IMG/VR virus record: IMGVR_UViG_3300023184_000039
Location: 64,001 to 128,000 of that record
From: a virus
DNA: 64,000 bases
Direction: 5' to 3' (one strand)
Both the position numbers and the translations under genes were made by a program. The notes under the pieces are model-generated. The model was not told where the DNA came from. It did no database searches and worked only from the letters and a program-made list of their open reading frames with translations. Shown one piece after another: positions 53,067-61,465 of the stretch (position 1 is the stretch's first letter; every line of letters begins with the position of its first letter).

Positions 53067-53193
53067 TCGCACAGTTAATTAAAAGTGTGGTTCGGGTGAA
53101 CATCTGCTAACATTGTTGTAGCGATTACTGAACTTACATAGGCAGGAATTATTAGAACCTGTTGCCCTATTCACCTACTTCAGGAGTATCACA

Positions 53194-53757
53194 TTGAAAA
53201 CAATCACAGGCTGGGTTATATCTATTCTTATATTGAGCATCGGGTTGGCAATTCCGGTCCAAGCTCAGAAGGTTGATGCGCCCTCTGTGTCAGTCGTTCC
53301 ACTAGTTGTTCCGGAACGGGTTGTTGAGACCGTTCCTAAAGCCATTGTGTTCAGTCACGGCGATATCTCTTGGTTGCCTGAATTAGCAATACAAGCGGGT
53401 TGGAAGCCAAAACAGATTGCTCGGCTTGGTCAAATCATCTTACGTGAGTCGGGCGGTTGCCCTAATCGTAAGGGCGGCGACATTGTGGACAAGAACTGTA
53501 ATGTCACGGGTATATCTGACCTTTCCCATCGCTCTGACTCAGGTCTACTCCAAATCAACGGGGTAAATTACGATGTTTCTCGCAATAAGTGGGCAACAGT
53601 TTGTAGAGCAGGCATCGCCTGTTCACAAGAACCACTTCTTGATGCCCTCACAAACCTTCGTGCCGGATACGAGATGTTCAAAGTGTCCGGTTGGGGGCCT
53701 TGGGACCCGTGCCAATGGGGTCCAGAGTATGCCGCTCGTTGTAAGGCTGGCAACTAA
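53194..53757 (+). CDS. Secreted lytic transglycosylase (SLT/lysozyme-like)
   Basis: Signal peptide; ILRESG (catalytic E), DSGLLQIN, L-x-D-x-x-x-N, GW-x-PW; AGGAG SD. Confidence 0.8.
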   Translation: MKTITGWVISILILSIGLAIPVQAQKVDAPSVSVVPLVVPERVVETVPKAIVFSHGDISWLPELAIQAGWKPKQIARLGQIILRESGGCPNRKGGDIVDKNCNVTGISDLSHRSDSGLLQINGVNYDVSRNKWATVCRAGIACSQEPLLDALTNLRAGYEMFKVSGWGPWDPCQWGPEYAARCKAGN

Positions 53758-54248
53758 CTCTTGTCTAGTGACCTGTCTGAGGCAGGGTCACGTACTTCCC
53801 ACAAACCCTTCTTGACCTTCCTGAAGTAAGGACTGTCCTGAACGAACTTCAGGGTTGTTTGGTAAGAGAACCCACCAATCTCCACTAGTTCTTCCGTTGT
53901 CTTTTGGACAAAGATATTCTGTTTTGCCCAAGACACAAGTTTGTCGTACTTGTCTACTCGTTTCTCTTTGGGGGCGATAACTACTTCGTCAATGTCCTCG
54001 CCGCAATACTCCTGGACGAGTGAAATGATTGTCCTCTCGCTAACTGAATAACTCCCAAGAAGTCGGGCCGCAGAACCCTTGCCGTCCCAACCTTTGAGGA
54101 TATAAAGTCCACGTGTACGGTCACTAATTGACTGAGCGACATCACCTGGAACGGCAAACTTGTCTCCGTATTCTTGTGCAGCGTCGCGCCAAAGTGCCTG
54201 GTGTTCTGCCTCTATTTCATTGTCTGTGATTGTTCTGGTAAGTGCCAT
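53754..54248 (-). CDS. Hypothetical protein (leaderless), possible C-terminal winged helix
   Basis: ATG 6 nt after the -10 of promoter copy 3. Confidence 0.6.
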   Translation of the reverse strand: MALTRTITDNEIEAEHQALWRDAAQEYGDKFAVPGDVAQSISDRTRGLYILKGWDGKGSAARLLGSYSVSERTIISLVQEYCGEDIDEVVIAPKEKRVDKYDKLVSWAKQNIFVQKTTEELVEIGGFSYQTTLKFVQDSPYFRKVKKGLWEVRDPASDRSLDKS

Positions 54249-54250
54249 AA

Positions 54251-54715
54251 CTACATCATATCCAGATGGGACGCTAGTGAGACGCCTCTTGTTTCAGCGA
54301 GAAGTATCAGGTCTTTTGCGTTCTCAATGGCCGCATCAAGGTCATCACAAATATAGTCAATGTGTTCACCGTCATTGGACAAGTCATACAAATCAAACCA
54401 AGAGTTATTGACCCACTCTGTTCGAGGGCCGGCATCAAAGACTTGTTTATCTGTAATGAAGTGTTCTTCTAAATCATCGCAGTACCGGACAACACTAAAG
54501 TTGCTATCTTTGTGTTTTGCTGCCGCATCTTCCCAGATATGGACGCGCATTTCACCATCGGCATAAATACCAATGAGATATTCACCCTTTCCTACAGAGC
54601 CAACGAGCTGATGACATTGATTATCCCAAGTCCACCACATCGAATCTAATCGGTCCGGATTGCGAGGTTCCTCTAAATCAATAGTAAAACCATCGGCGTC
54701 AATGTACGGGTTCAT
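54251..54715 (-). CDS. Hypothetical protein
   Basis: TAATG-coupled acidic ORF. Confidence 0.6.
   Translation of the reverse strand: MNPYIDADGFTIDLEEPRNPDRLDSMWWTWDNQCHQLVGSVGKGEYLIGIYADGEMRVHIWEDAAAKHKDSNFSVVRYCDDLEEHFITDKQVFDAGPRTEWVNNSWFDLYDLSNDGEHIDYICDDLDAAIENAKDLILLAETRGVSLASHLDMM
54255..54284 (-). promoter_or_regulatory. Tandem-heptamer promoter copy 3
   Basis: CGTCTCACTAGCGTCCCA-N6-TATGAT-N6-ATG, inside the 3' end of the upstream CDS. Confidence 0.85.
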
Positions 54716-54939
54716 TACTTCTCGTCGCCAAATCTGCTCATAAAATCGTAATTGACAGATAGCCGTTCGTGAATAGAACAGACATCTCTCGTATTGAATC
54801 GACTAAGAACAGTCGTGCAGGCTTCGTGCGAACAACGTCTCTCGCCCTCTACTGGCCGAGTATGAATACGCTGCCGCCTCTCCCTTATTTTCTGATTACG
54901 ACTGTCTCGTTGCTGTCTTGTCATTTCTCTGTATGGCAC
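54715..54939 (-). CDS. Small Zn-ribbon-like protein
   Basis: RRC-x4-C-x-T-x-LS-x-FN-x4-C-x2-H. Confidence 0.55.
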   Translation of the reverse strand: MPYREMTRQQRDSRNQKIRERRQRIHTRPVEGERRCSHEACTTVLSRFNTRDVCSIHERLSVNYDFMSRFGDEK

Positions 54940-55166
54940 TAAAGTTCCTCTCCGTCCTCGTCTGTGTAGATAAGACGGTGAAGACTACCAAAAATCTCTT
55001 GTGCTTCGGCATCAACCACTTCCATAATGTCATCAAGTGACGGGTCATTGTTCCCACCCTTGACTGCAAGTGTCTCGCAGATATCGGCCACATCAAACAT
55101 AAAGAGTTTGCTGACATTTATGTATTTAGGAAGTGTTCCGTCCGATAGGTGTTCCGTTGTCGTCAT
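54939..55166 (-). CDS. Small acidic hypothetical protein
   Basis: Coupled in the operon. Confidence 0.55.
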   Translation of the reverse strand: MTTTEHLSDGTLPKYINVSKLFMFDVADICETLAVKGGNNDPSLDDIMEVVDAEAQEIFGSLHRLIYTDEDGEEL

Positions 55167-55441
55167 TAGCCAACCAACTCATCGGAATAGAACTCTGACA
55201 ATGGGTTCTCGGCAACATGCTTGCTTGCCGAGAGTGGCGAATTGTTTGCAAAATAATTGGCAGCAAATCCGTCATTGTAGTAAACGTGTTGAACTGGCTT
55301 CATTGACATATCAACGATTAGTAGTTGCCCACCAACCTGTATGTATGCCTGTCCACCGTTGAAGTGGTACAGCCTGTTCTCACGGGCTGCTTGGTCTATT
55401 TCTTTTGCCCACTCGCTGTGGGTTACTGGTGCTGTTTTCAT
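55166..55441 (-). CDS. Hypothetical protein
   Basis: AAGGAG SD downstream of promoter copy 4; start at ATG 55441. Confidence 0.55.
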   Translation of the reverse strand: MKTAPVTHSEWAKEIDQAARENRLYHFNGGQAYIQVGGQLLIVDMSMKPVQHVYYNDGFAANYFANNSPLSASKHVAENPLSEFYSDELVG

Positions 55442-55469
55442 AACTTCTCCTTGTGTAGTAGGTGTATTC

Positions 55470-55499
55470 ATCTTACTTACTTGGGACGCTGATGAGACA
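55470..55499 (-). promoter_or_regulatory. Tandem-heptamer promoter copy 4
   Basis: TGTCTCATCAGCGTCCCA-N6-TAAGAT. Confidence 0.85.
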
Positions 55500-55500
55500 G

Positions 55501-55737
55501 TCATAATGCGAAGGTCACCCCATCTGTGTCAATTCCGAATAGAACACCACCACCGTTGCCCTCGTAATCCTGTGAAGGATAAAGTCGGACACCGTTACTC
55601 AACACCATTACAAGTGGTGTTCCGTTTCCGTATCTGACTTCCCAACCCTCTGCCTCAATTTCGGCAGGTGTCATTGGGCGAAGCTCGGTAATGGTCATAC
55701 CCTCAATCGCTACTAAGTTTTCTGTTGTGTTTGTCAT
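55501..55737 (-). CDS. Small leaderless hypothetical protein
   Basis: ATG 6 nt after the -10 of copy 5; PSQDYEGNGGG motif. Confidence 0.6.
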   Translation of the reverse strand: MTNTTENLVAIEGMTITELRPMTPAEIEAEGWEVRYGNGTPLVMVLSNGVRLYPSQDYEGNGGGVLFGIDTDGVTFAL

Positions 55738-55743
55738 AAATAC

Positions 55744-55773
55744 ATAGTACCTAGTTGGGACGCTTGTGAGACA
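55744..55773 (-). promoter_or_regulatory. Tandem-heptamer promoter copy 5
   Basis: TGTCTCACAAGCGTCCCA-N6-TACTAT-N6-ATG. Confidence 0.85.
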
Positions 55774-55802
55774 ATTCGACCTCGCAAGCTCTCCGGCCCA
55801 GT

Positions 55803-55832
55803 TGTCTCATCTGCGTCCCAAGTTGTTATAGT
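55803..55832 (+). promoter_or_regulatory. Tandem-heptamer promoter copy 6 (divergent from copy 5)
   Basis: TGTCTCATCTGCGTCCCA-N6-TATAGT. Confidence 0.85.
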
Positions 55833-55862
55833 TGTATCACCTACTAGACAAAGGAGCCCACT

Positions 55863-56321
55863 ATGGGTTTAGACCAATACCTTTACGCAAAGCAATACAC
55901 ATCTGAAAGCGATTACGCACGACCTGACAAGTTTGCTGTTCTCAAAGATGTAGTTGGCAGCGACATCAAGTTTCTTGTCAAAGAAAGTCCAAGCATCTCT
56001 GTTGAGATGAAAGTCGGTCAATGGCGCAAAGCCAACGCAATTCACGCATACTTCGTGGACAACTGCCAAAACGGCGAGGACGATTGCCGTGAGAGTTATG
56101 TGGACAGAGAGAAACTTGTAGAACTGCTTGACTTGTGTAAGCAAGTTATTGCTGACCACTCAAAGGCAGATGAATTGTTGTCCACTCAATCAGGTTTCTT
56201 TTTTGGCTCAACGGAATACGGCGAGTGGTACTTCCAAGACTTAGAGGACACCGTGAGTATCTTGGAGAATTGCCTCACAATGGAAGACACTTGGGAGTTC
56301 TACTACCAATCATCTTGGTAG
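55863..56321 (+). CDS. Conserved phage hypothetical protein
   Basis: MGLD-x-YL...WRKAN-x-IH-x-x-FV...GFFFGS...YY-x-SSW; AAGGAG SD. Confidence 0.75.
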   Translation: MGLDQYLYAKQYTSESDYARPDKFAVLKDVVGSDIKFLVKESPSISVEMKVGQWRKANAIHAYFVDNCQNGEDDCRESYVDREKLVELLDLCKQVIADHSKADELLSTQSGFFFGSTEYGEWYFQDLEDTVSILENCLTMEDTWEFYYQSSW

Positions 56322-56332
56322 AGAGCCAACCA

Positions 56333-56527
56333 ATGACCAAACCAATGACCAAACAGGAACGTGTTCTCCACGATATTCTCCACGACATTCGACTATGGGC
56401 ATATTATGGAAAACAAGCTGATGCTGGTGCTGTTGAGCGTAGAAAAATCCTGCGGCATATAGAGAAGTTAGCCAAGTCTGCCCTAGATGTCTCACCTGCG
56501 TCCCAGCGAGGTAAAGTGAAAGTATGA
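56333..56527 (+). CDS. Small hypothetical protein
   Basis: MTKPMTKQERV...; reads through promoter copy 7. Confidence 0.45.
   Translation: MTKPMTKQERVLHDILHDIRLWAYYGKQADAGAVERRKILRHIEKLAKSALDVSPASQRGKVKV
56488..56517 (+). promoter_or_regulatory. Tandem-heptamer promoter copy 7
   Basis: TGTCTCACCTGCGTCCCA-N6-TAAAGT-N6-ATG. Confidence 0.85.
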
Positions 56528-57147
56528 ACCCGACAGAATTACACCCCGACTTACAGGCGCACTCATACGAACACCCGGAATTGGGTTTCGCTATCGCGCA
56601 CCCACTCTTACACACGATTGCTTGGGCCGATGCCGCGACTATCAACAAGAATTATCTACAAAAAGTTGATGCTGTTGCGAGTGCGCTAGAGGAACAACGT
56701 TGGAGTTCGTACATCTATCTCCACGAAAAGCCATATCGGGTTGACGCCTTCATTGAGGTCGCTGATGAGTTGGGCAACAAGGATTATTGGGAACTACTCG
56801 CAAGTGTTTGGACTGGCTCTGAAAACATTTGGCAAAACATTGACAGTTGGGTATCTCTTTGGAACTCGACCCGGCCTAACCGTGAACTGGCGATGACAGA
56901 GAACGACAGAGATGAACTGGCCGCATACCCGGACACGTTCACCGTTTATCGTGGCGCACTATTTGACGAGAACGAGCAAGGTATGTCTTGGACTAGCGAC
57001 TACGACAAGGCTAAATGGTTCTCCACACGCTTCGCAGGAGAGGGGGATGTACCTGTAGTCGTGGAACGTGTCATCAACAAGAGCGAAGTCCTTGCCTACC
57101 TAAGTGGGAGAGGCGAGAGCGAAGTCGTATTGGACTTGTCTCTCTAG
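56524..57147 (+). CDS. Putative R-S-E type ADP-ribosyltransferase-fold protein
   Basis: TVYRG...MSWT-x-D-x-x-x-A-x-x-F...GESEVV. Confidence 0.6.
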   Translation: MNPTELHPDLQAHSYEHPELGFAIAHPLLHTIAWADAATINKNYLQKVDAVASALEEQRWSSYIYLHEKPYRVDAFIEVADELGNKDYWELLASVWTGSENIWQNIDSWVSLWNSTRPNRELAMTENDRDELAAYPDTFTVYRGALFDENEQGMSWTSDYDKAKWFSTRFAGEGDVPVVVERVINKSEVLAYLSGRGESEVVLDLSL

Positions 57148-57166
57148 CGTCCCACTCGGATACGAT
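57137..57166 (+). promoter_or_regulatory. Tandem-heptamer promoter copy 8
   Basis: TGTCTCTCTAGCGTCCCA-N6-TACGAT. Confidence 0.8.
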
Positions 57167-57193
57167 GTAATCACTCAACAAGGGAGAAAACCG

Positions 57194-57433
57194 ATGCCAA
57201 TTTACAATGTCACCAATGTAGAAACCAGAGAAACCAAATCAAATCGCTACATCACCTACAACCTGACGAAAGAACTGCCGCTGGAGTGGGACAAGTGGAG
57301 TTTTGATGACCAGAGTGCTTGGCTAAACAATAATGCCGAGTTCATACGCGATGAGTTTGAGGAAACCGATGAAGAAGTGACCGATGAGGTCGGTGTTGCT
57401 GTTGAATTAGACGAACTGAACAAGGACATCTAA
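57194..57433 (+). CDS. Small acidic hypothetical protein
   Basis: AGGGAG SD; start at ATG 57194. Confidence 0.55.
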   Translation: MPIYNVTNVETRETKSNRYITYNLTKELPLEWDKWSFDDQSAWLNNNAEFIRDEFEETDEEVTDEVGVAVELDELNKDI

Positions 57434-57434
57434 T

Positions 57435-57755
57435 ATGGAATACGTCAAGGACGAATTAGAACTCTGGGAAGATAAATACAAGCCCGTACAAAACCACATC
57501 AACGGAGATGCGTCGTGGGACGGAGTAATGTATGAAACATACGGCGCAGAATACGATTATGTGACGAAAGTAGCGAGTTTGCAGCCACATAAAGTATGGA
57601 CTTGGGTCGATGGTGACAATGGAACGTACATCATCAACGGTTGGCATATGGTCAATCGCATTGGATACTTTATTACGCAAGTTCCGTGTGAGTTTGATGA
57701 CCAAATTGAGGTTCGCGTGGACACCTATGATGATTCGGGTATCTATTTAGTCTGA
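57435..57755 (+). CDS. Conserved phage hypothetical protein
   Basis: YETYG-x-E...VWT-x-x-D...G-x-H-x-VNRIGY-x-IT. Confidence 0.65.
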   Translation: MEYVKDELELWEDKYKPVQNHINGDASWDGVMYETYGAEYDYVTKVASLQPHKVWTWVDGDNGTYIINGWHMVNRIGYFITQVPCEFDDQIEVRVDTYDDSGIYLV

Positions 57756-58003
57756 TTCCTACGTCTCTGACGTTGTCTGAGAGTAGTCGCGCCCCATATG
57801 CCGTGAAGCTTCGGGTATGAATTAGCGAACTCGCCGCACTCAATGAGAACCGGACAAGTTTTGCATATTTCGACGGCCTTGCGGGTGCCGGTATTAGCTT
57901 CGCCACGTTCCGGGAACCACCAGCTCGTTGGGAGCCCTCTACAATCGCCATCAAATCGAGGAACCGGTATTTCATCTTCGAGTATCTCGATATCGTGAAA
58001 CAT
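57743..58003 (-). CDS. whiB: WhiB-family transcription factor (second copy)
   Basis: C...WFP...IC-x-x-CPV-x-x-EC...GIWG-x-T-x-x-x-QR. Confidence 0.85.
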   Translation of the reverse strand: MFHDIEILEDEIPVPRFDGDCRGLPTSWWFPERGEANTGTRKAVEICKTCPVLIECGEFANSYPKLHGIWGATTLRQRQRRRNQTK

Positions 58004-58031
58004 CTGGTCACCATATCGGGACTTGGGCGGT

Positions 58032-59888
58032 TTACAACCCTATTCTTTTCATAAACGCAGCCGCTACATCTTGCCCGGAAGCTCCTTCGATAGCTTCTGT
58101 TACAATCGAGAGCTTACGCTGCAGTAAATTGTAAATATCTTCATCAATCGAGTTCTCCATCAGCGCGTACGTGGCCGTAACTGACCCGGTTTGCCCAATT
58201 CGATGCAATCGACTAAATGTTTGCTGCACGTCGGCGGGCGTCCAGGGCAGTTCGACAAACAAAATGTCTTGCGCCGCTGTCAATGTGTGCCCGGTCTTCG
58301 CCGCTTGTATTGAAAGAACGATTACCGGAGCTTCTTCGACGCTTGATTCCTGGAATATCTTCTTATTTTCTTCGATTTGCTCGACAGTCATACCGCCTTG
58401 TATCTTCAGGCCGCCGAACCGCTGCGCTAAAGCATCAACAATGTCCCGATGGTGAGCCGCAACCACAACTTTCTTCCCGGCGTCTACACGTTCCTCAATC
58501 CACTCGATTACAGCCGGCATTTTGGCATATGCGGCCAGTCGACGCAGCACGCTTATCTTCGCAAGCTGAGTTGGCACGTCTAGGCCGCTGTTATCCCGCA
58601 AAAACGTAGAAACATCGTCTTCTGCGGCTTGATATTCCTTCTTTCCGGCTGTCGAGCCCTCAAATGTAACAATCGAGTGCATCACCGGGGGCAATTCTGT
58701 TAAAACTTGCGCCTTTGTACGCCGGATATAACACGTCGAGCGCAATAAATCGTTCAATTCATCAAGATTTGAGTTACCTTCGAGGTGCCATTGGCCCCAT
58801 TTGTCCTGGAACGCAGCGCAATAGCGGCGATAAAAGCCCCAGCGGCCGCCAAACTTGTTTAATTGGCCAAGAAGTTCAAGCTGCGGCGCATATTCTGCGG
58901 GTTTTGACGTTACCGGAGTGCCAGTTAGGCACAATATCGGGACTTCCGCACCAGAAGCGCGGGTCATTTTGAGTGCACTCTTTGTACGTTGAGCCGGAAA
59001 GCTCTTCAGATAGTGAGATTCATCAAAAATGTATGCATTTAGCCCGGTCAGCTGCCGCTCCCAGGCCGTAATGTTGGAATAACCGACAATAACTACGTCA
59101 AAGCTGCCGCGTTCCGGGAAGTTTTTTCGATTTTTTACAACTTTTACGCGTCTACTGGGAGCCCACTTTGCATATTCAGCGGCCCAGTTGATGGTTAAGT
59201 TGGCGGGGCACGTCACAACCGCTGGAAAACATTCGATTTTTTGAGAAATTACCTCGAGCGCAACGATGGCCTGGATGGTTTTACCCAATCCCATCTCATC
59301 AGCTATGAATGTTCTTCGCGCGCGAGCCGCATAATTGACTCCGGCCCGCTGATATGGCATCAGTCCCGTGAATCCTTCGATTATTTGCTCTGTTCCGGTA
59401 GCTCGACTTGCGTCTCGAAGCTCATTTAGTCGATTATCGACGTTTTTTGCAAGCTCCCGGAGCTCAACTGGGACGTGAATTTGGAATGTTTCGGCCCATT
59501 TTATGCACTGCTGCAGCGAAGTTACTGGGCTGCGCCAAGCTTTTGACTTGGAATGCCACGTTATTCCCGGTATTTGTTTAACGCTGCGCACTTTCACCGG
59601 GTCATACCCGAAAGAAAGGTAAATAAACTCGCCAGACTGCGTCAGTCCCGACATATTGGACATCGGCCGCTCGGGTAACGTCAGAATTAGGACATCCGAC
59701 TCGATTACGAAGCTATTTTTTTGGGCGAATACTCGAGCTTGTTCAAGACTTGATACTGGAACACTCCATAAATGGGCTACTTTATCCCACTTGCTACCCG
59801 GTATCGCTTTTATCTCGGCTACTTGCTTGACATCATACGGGAAGTCAAACACCAATACATTGTTCATCAGTATTAGGCGAGAAGTCAC
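58032..59888 (-). CDS. SNF2-family helicase with two N-terminal HARP-like domains (SMARCAL1-like)
   Basis: ADEMGLGKT, DESH, LTGTP, RRTK, Q-x-x-x-R-x-HRIGQ; duplicated F-x-YD...K-x-IPG-x-x-W...W-x-x-P. Confidence 0.88.
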   Translation of the reverse strand: MTSRLILMNNVLVFDFPYDVKQVAEIKAIPGSKWDKVAHLWSVPVSSLEQARVFAQKNSFVIESDVLILTLPERPMSNMSGLTQSGEFIYLSFGYDPVKVRSVKQIPGITWHSKSKAWRSPVTSLQQCIKWAETFQIHVPVELRELAKNVDNRLNELRDASRATGTEQIIEGFTGLMPYQRAGVNYAARARRTFIADEMGLGKTIQAIVALEVISQKIECFPAVVTCPANLTINWAAEYAKWAPSRRVKVVKNRKNFPERGSFDVVIVGYSNITAWERQLTGLNAYIFDESHYLKSFPAQRTKSALKMTRASGAEVPILCLTGTPVTSKPAEYAPQLELLGQLNKFGGRWGFYRRYCAAFQDKWGQWHLEGNSNLDELNDLLRSTCYIRRTKAQVLTELPPVMHSIVTFEGSTAGKKEYQAAEDDVSTFLRDNSGLDVPTQLAKISVLRRLAAYAKMPAVIEWIEERVDAGKKVVVAAHHRDIVDALAQRFGGLKIQGGMTVEQIEENKKIFQESSVEEAPVIVLSIQAAKTGHTLTAAQDILFVELPWTPADVQQTFSRLHRIGQTGSVTATYALMENSIDEDIYNLLQRKLSIVTEAIEGASGQDVAAAFMKRIGL

Positions 59889-59910
59889 CTACATAATGTA
59901 GCATTGTCCA

Positions 59911-60144
59911 ATGGAACAAGAAGACTTTGATGAACTATCCGCGCCGATTATCCAGGATGCGAACGTACTCAAGACCAAAATATCCCAACTTGAGACGAAG
60001 GTAAGCGAATTACAGAAACAACTTTCAGAAGTGCTGCGCTCTGCATCAGACGTTGGCCGACTTGACAAGAGTTGGATGTCCGACAATAGTTCTCTCGGAG
60101 CTAAGGCCGGCACTATCGCTGACAGGATGAACAAGAAGAAGTAA
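59911..60144 (+). CDS. Small coiled-coil protein
   Basis: Heptad pattern; TAGCAT-N6-ATG. Confidence 0.5.
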   Translation: MEQEDFDELSAPIIQDANVLKTKISQLETKVSELQKQLSEVLRSASDVGRLDKSWMSDNSSLGAKAGTIADRMNKKK

Positions 60145-60165
60145 TAAAGTGCTAGTATTGTTCTC

Positions 60166-60221
60166 GCACTCGTCTACCTGCTCCTTATCGTCGGGATTTG
60201 TGGTTAGCGCTAGGCGAGTGC
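60166..60221 (+). ncRNA. Candidate small structured RNA (or bidirectional terminator)
   Basis: TG-C-TAGTAT ends 7 nt upstream; 11-bp closing stem GCACTCGTCTA/TAGGCGAGTGC. Confidence 0.3.
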
Positions 60222-60222
60222 A

Positions 60223-60528
60223 CTATTCGTAATAACCGTCATTGTATCTATCATCGTTGATTGCATCAAGAAAGTCATTCTGCTTTGGTGGAAGTGGAAC
60301 AACCTCTTGTAAATAGAGAAATGCAAAATACAACAATGCGGCAAGAAACAATAGGAACATTCGAGTTAGTCCGATGTATCCAAGCAACATAAATATCGGC
60401 CTGAACATAAATCGTGGAACGATTGCAAATATCACAACCGACGAGATGACCGGGTGCTCTTTCATTCGCACAAGTGTGTTGGCCGCATAATCCCAACTCT
60501 TATTTTTGATGATATTCAGTTTGCTCAC
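60223..60528 (-). CDS. Membrane protein
   Basis: Long hydrophobic stretch. Confidence 0.5.
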   Translation of the reverse strand: MSKLNIIKNKSWDYAANTLVRMKEHPVISSVVIFAIVPRFMFRPIFMLLGYIGLTRMFLLFLAALLYFAFLYLQEVVPLPPKQNDFLDAINDDRYNDGYYE

Positions 60529-60532
60529 ACCT

Positions 60533-60802
60533 TTACTCTACAGACTCTAGGAAGTCATAGAGGTGAAGTGTGTCCAATACTTGCTCAATGAGTGCATAGT
60601 TCACACCGTGAAATGTAATTCCCTCTGGGAGTTGCATCTCATAACCCTCATCACCAAACTCGGCGTAGTGGTCAAGTGCCATCTCGGCAACTTTAACAAG
60701 TGAGATTGGCAGCGATGGATAATGATTGTAAATGAGATGGTCTACGAGGAGTTGGTGGCGATATTCCACCAACCCCTCGCTTGACAAGATTGAGTCAGTC
60801 AT
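60533..60802 (-). CDS. Hypothetical protein
   Basis: TAATG-coupled to the KTSC gene; HL-x-x-NHYP motif. Confidence 0.55.
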   Translation of the reverse strand: MTDSILSSEGLVEYRHQLLVDHLIYNHYPSLPISLVKVAEMALDHYAEFGDEGYEMQLPEGITFHGVNYALIEQVLDTLHLYDFLESVE

Positions 60803-61032
60803 TACTTGGACAACCTTGTGTATTCGTACGACTGGCTGATGACATTCGAGTGAAGTGCTGAACCGATTGACTCGGCTCCGATGACTGCCTTGACCGTTGC
60901 GAGCGAGACACCTGAATAGCAATAGGTGACACCACTTGTGAACGTTACGAACAACAATTCGTTCGCATACTGAAGGTCACGAACAGACGATGACTCGCCT
61001 GCGAGTGAGAAGGTGATTACTGGAGTTGCCAC
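60802..61032 (-). CDS. Stand-alone KTSC-domain protein
   Basis: SSSVRDLQY...L-x-V-x-F-x-SG-x-x-Y-x-Y-x-GV...AESIG; GTG start after GAGG (alternative leaderless GTG at 61065). Confidence 0.8.
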   Translation of the reverse strand: MATPVITFSLAGESSSVRDLQYANELLFVTFTSGVTYCYSGVSLATVKAVIGAESIGSALHSNVISQSYEYTRLSK

Positions 61033-61071
61033 AATGTCCTCTTTCCGTAGTTGGTTATTTGCCACAAAGAC

Positions 61072-61101
61072 ATCATAGCCAAGTGGGACGCTTATGAGAC
61101 A
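61072..61101 (-). promoter_or_regulatory. Tandem-heptamer promoter copy 9
   Basis: TGTCTCATAAGCGTCCCA-N6-TATGAT. Confidence 0.85.
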
Positions 61102-61120
61102 ATTCGACCCTATGGCCACT

Positions 61121-61150
61121 TGTCTCACGAGCGTCCCAAGTGGGTATTAT
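61121..61150 (+). promoter_or_regulatory. Tandem-heptamer promoter copy 10 (divergent from copy 9)
   Basis: TGTCTCACGAGCGTCCCA-N6-TATTAT-N6-ATG. Confidence 0.85.
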
Positions 61151-61156
61151 GTACCT

Positions 61157-61405
61157 ATGACAACACAAATAAACGACAACGAGGTAATCATCAACACTCG
61201 CTCCTGTATGCATTGTGGGCAGACTGGCGAACTTGTTGTTCGCTACGAGTCCGTAGAGATGCGACAGAGTGGTATGTCTGTCCAAGAAGCTTTTTGGTAT
61301 TTGGCAGCACCACAACGAGAGCAAATTATCTCGGGAACTCATCCTCATTGTTGGGAGCAGATGTTTGGGCAGGACTGCGATGACGATGACGATGACGATG
61401 AATAA
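61157..61405 (+). CDS. Small leaderless Zn-binding-like phage protein
   Basis: C-x-x-CG...QEAF-x-x-L...RE-x-IISG-x-H-x-x-CW. Confidence 0.65.
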   Translation: MTTQINDNEVIINTRSCMHCGQTGELVVRYESVEMRQSGMSVQEAFWYLAAPQREQIISGTHPHCWEQMFGQDCDDDDDDDE

Positions 61406-61406
61406 T

Positions 61407-61436
61407 TGTCTCACGAGCGTCCCAACTGGGTACACT
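61407..61436 (+). promoter_or_regulatory. Tandem-heptamer promoter copy 11
   Basis: TGTCTCACGAGCGTCCCA-N6-TACACT. Confidence 0.85.
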
Positions 61437-61465
61437 TACTTCACCTACTACGAAACGAGGAACTG

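Noticed and set aside
53120-53190. c-di-AMP (ydaO) riboswitch upstream of the transglycosylase
   Set aside because: Context is suggestive, but the leader is too short and has only fragments of the consensus; an Rfam/Infernal scan would settle it
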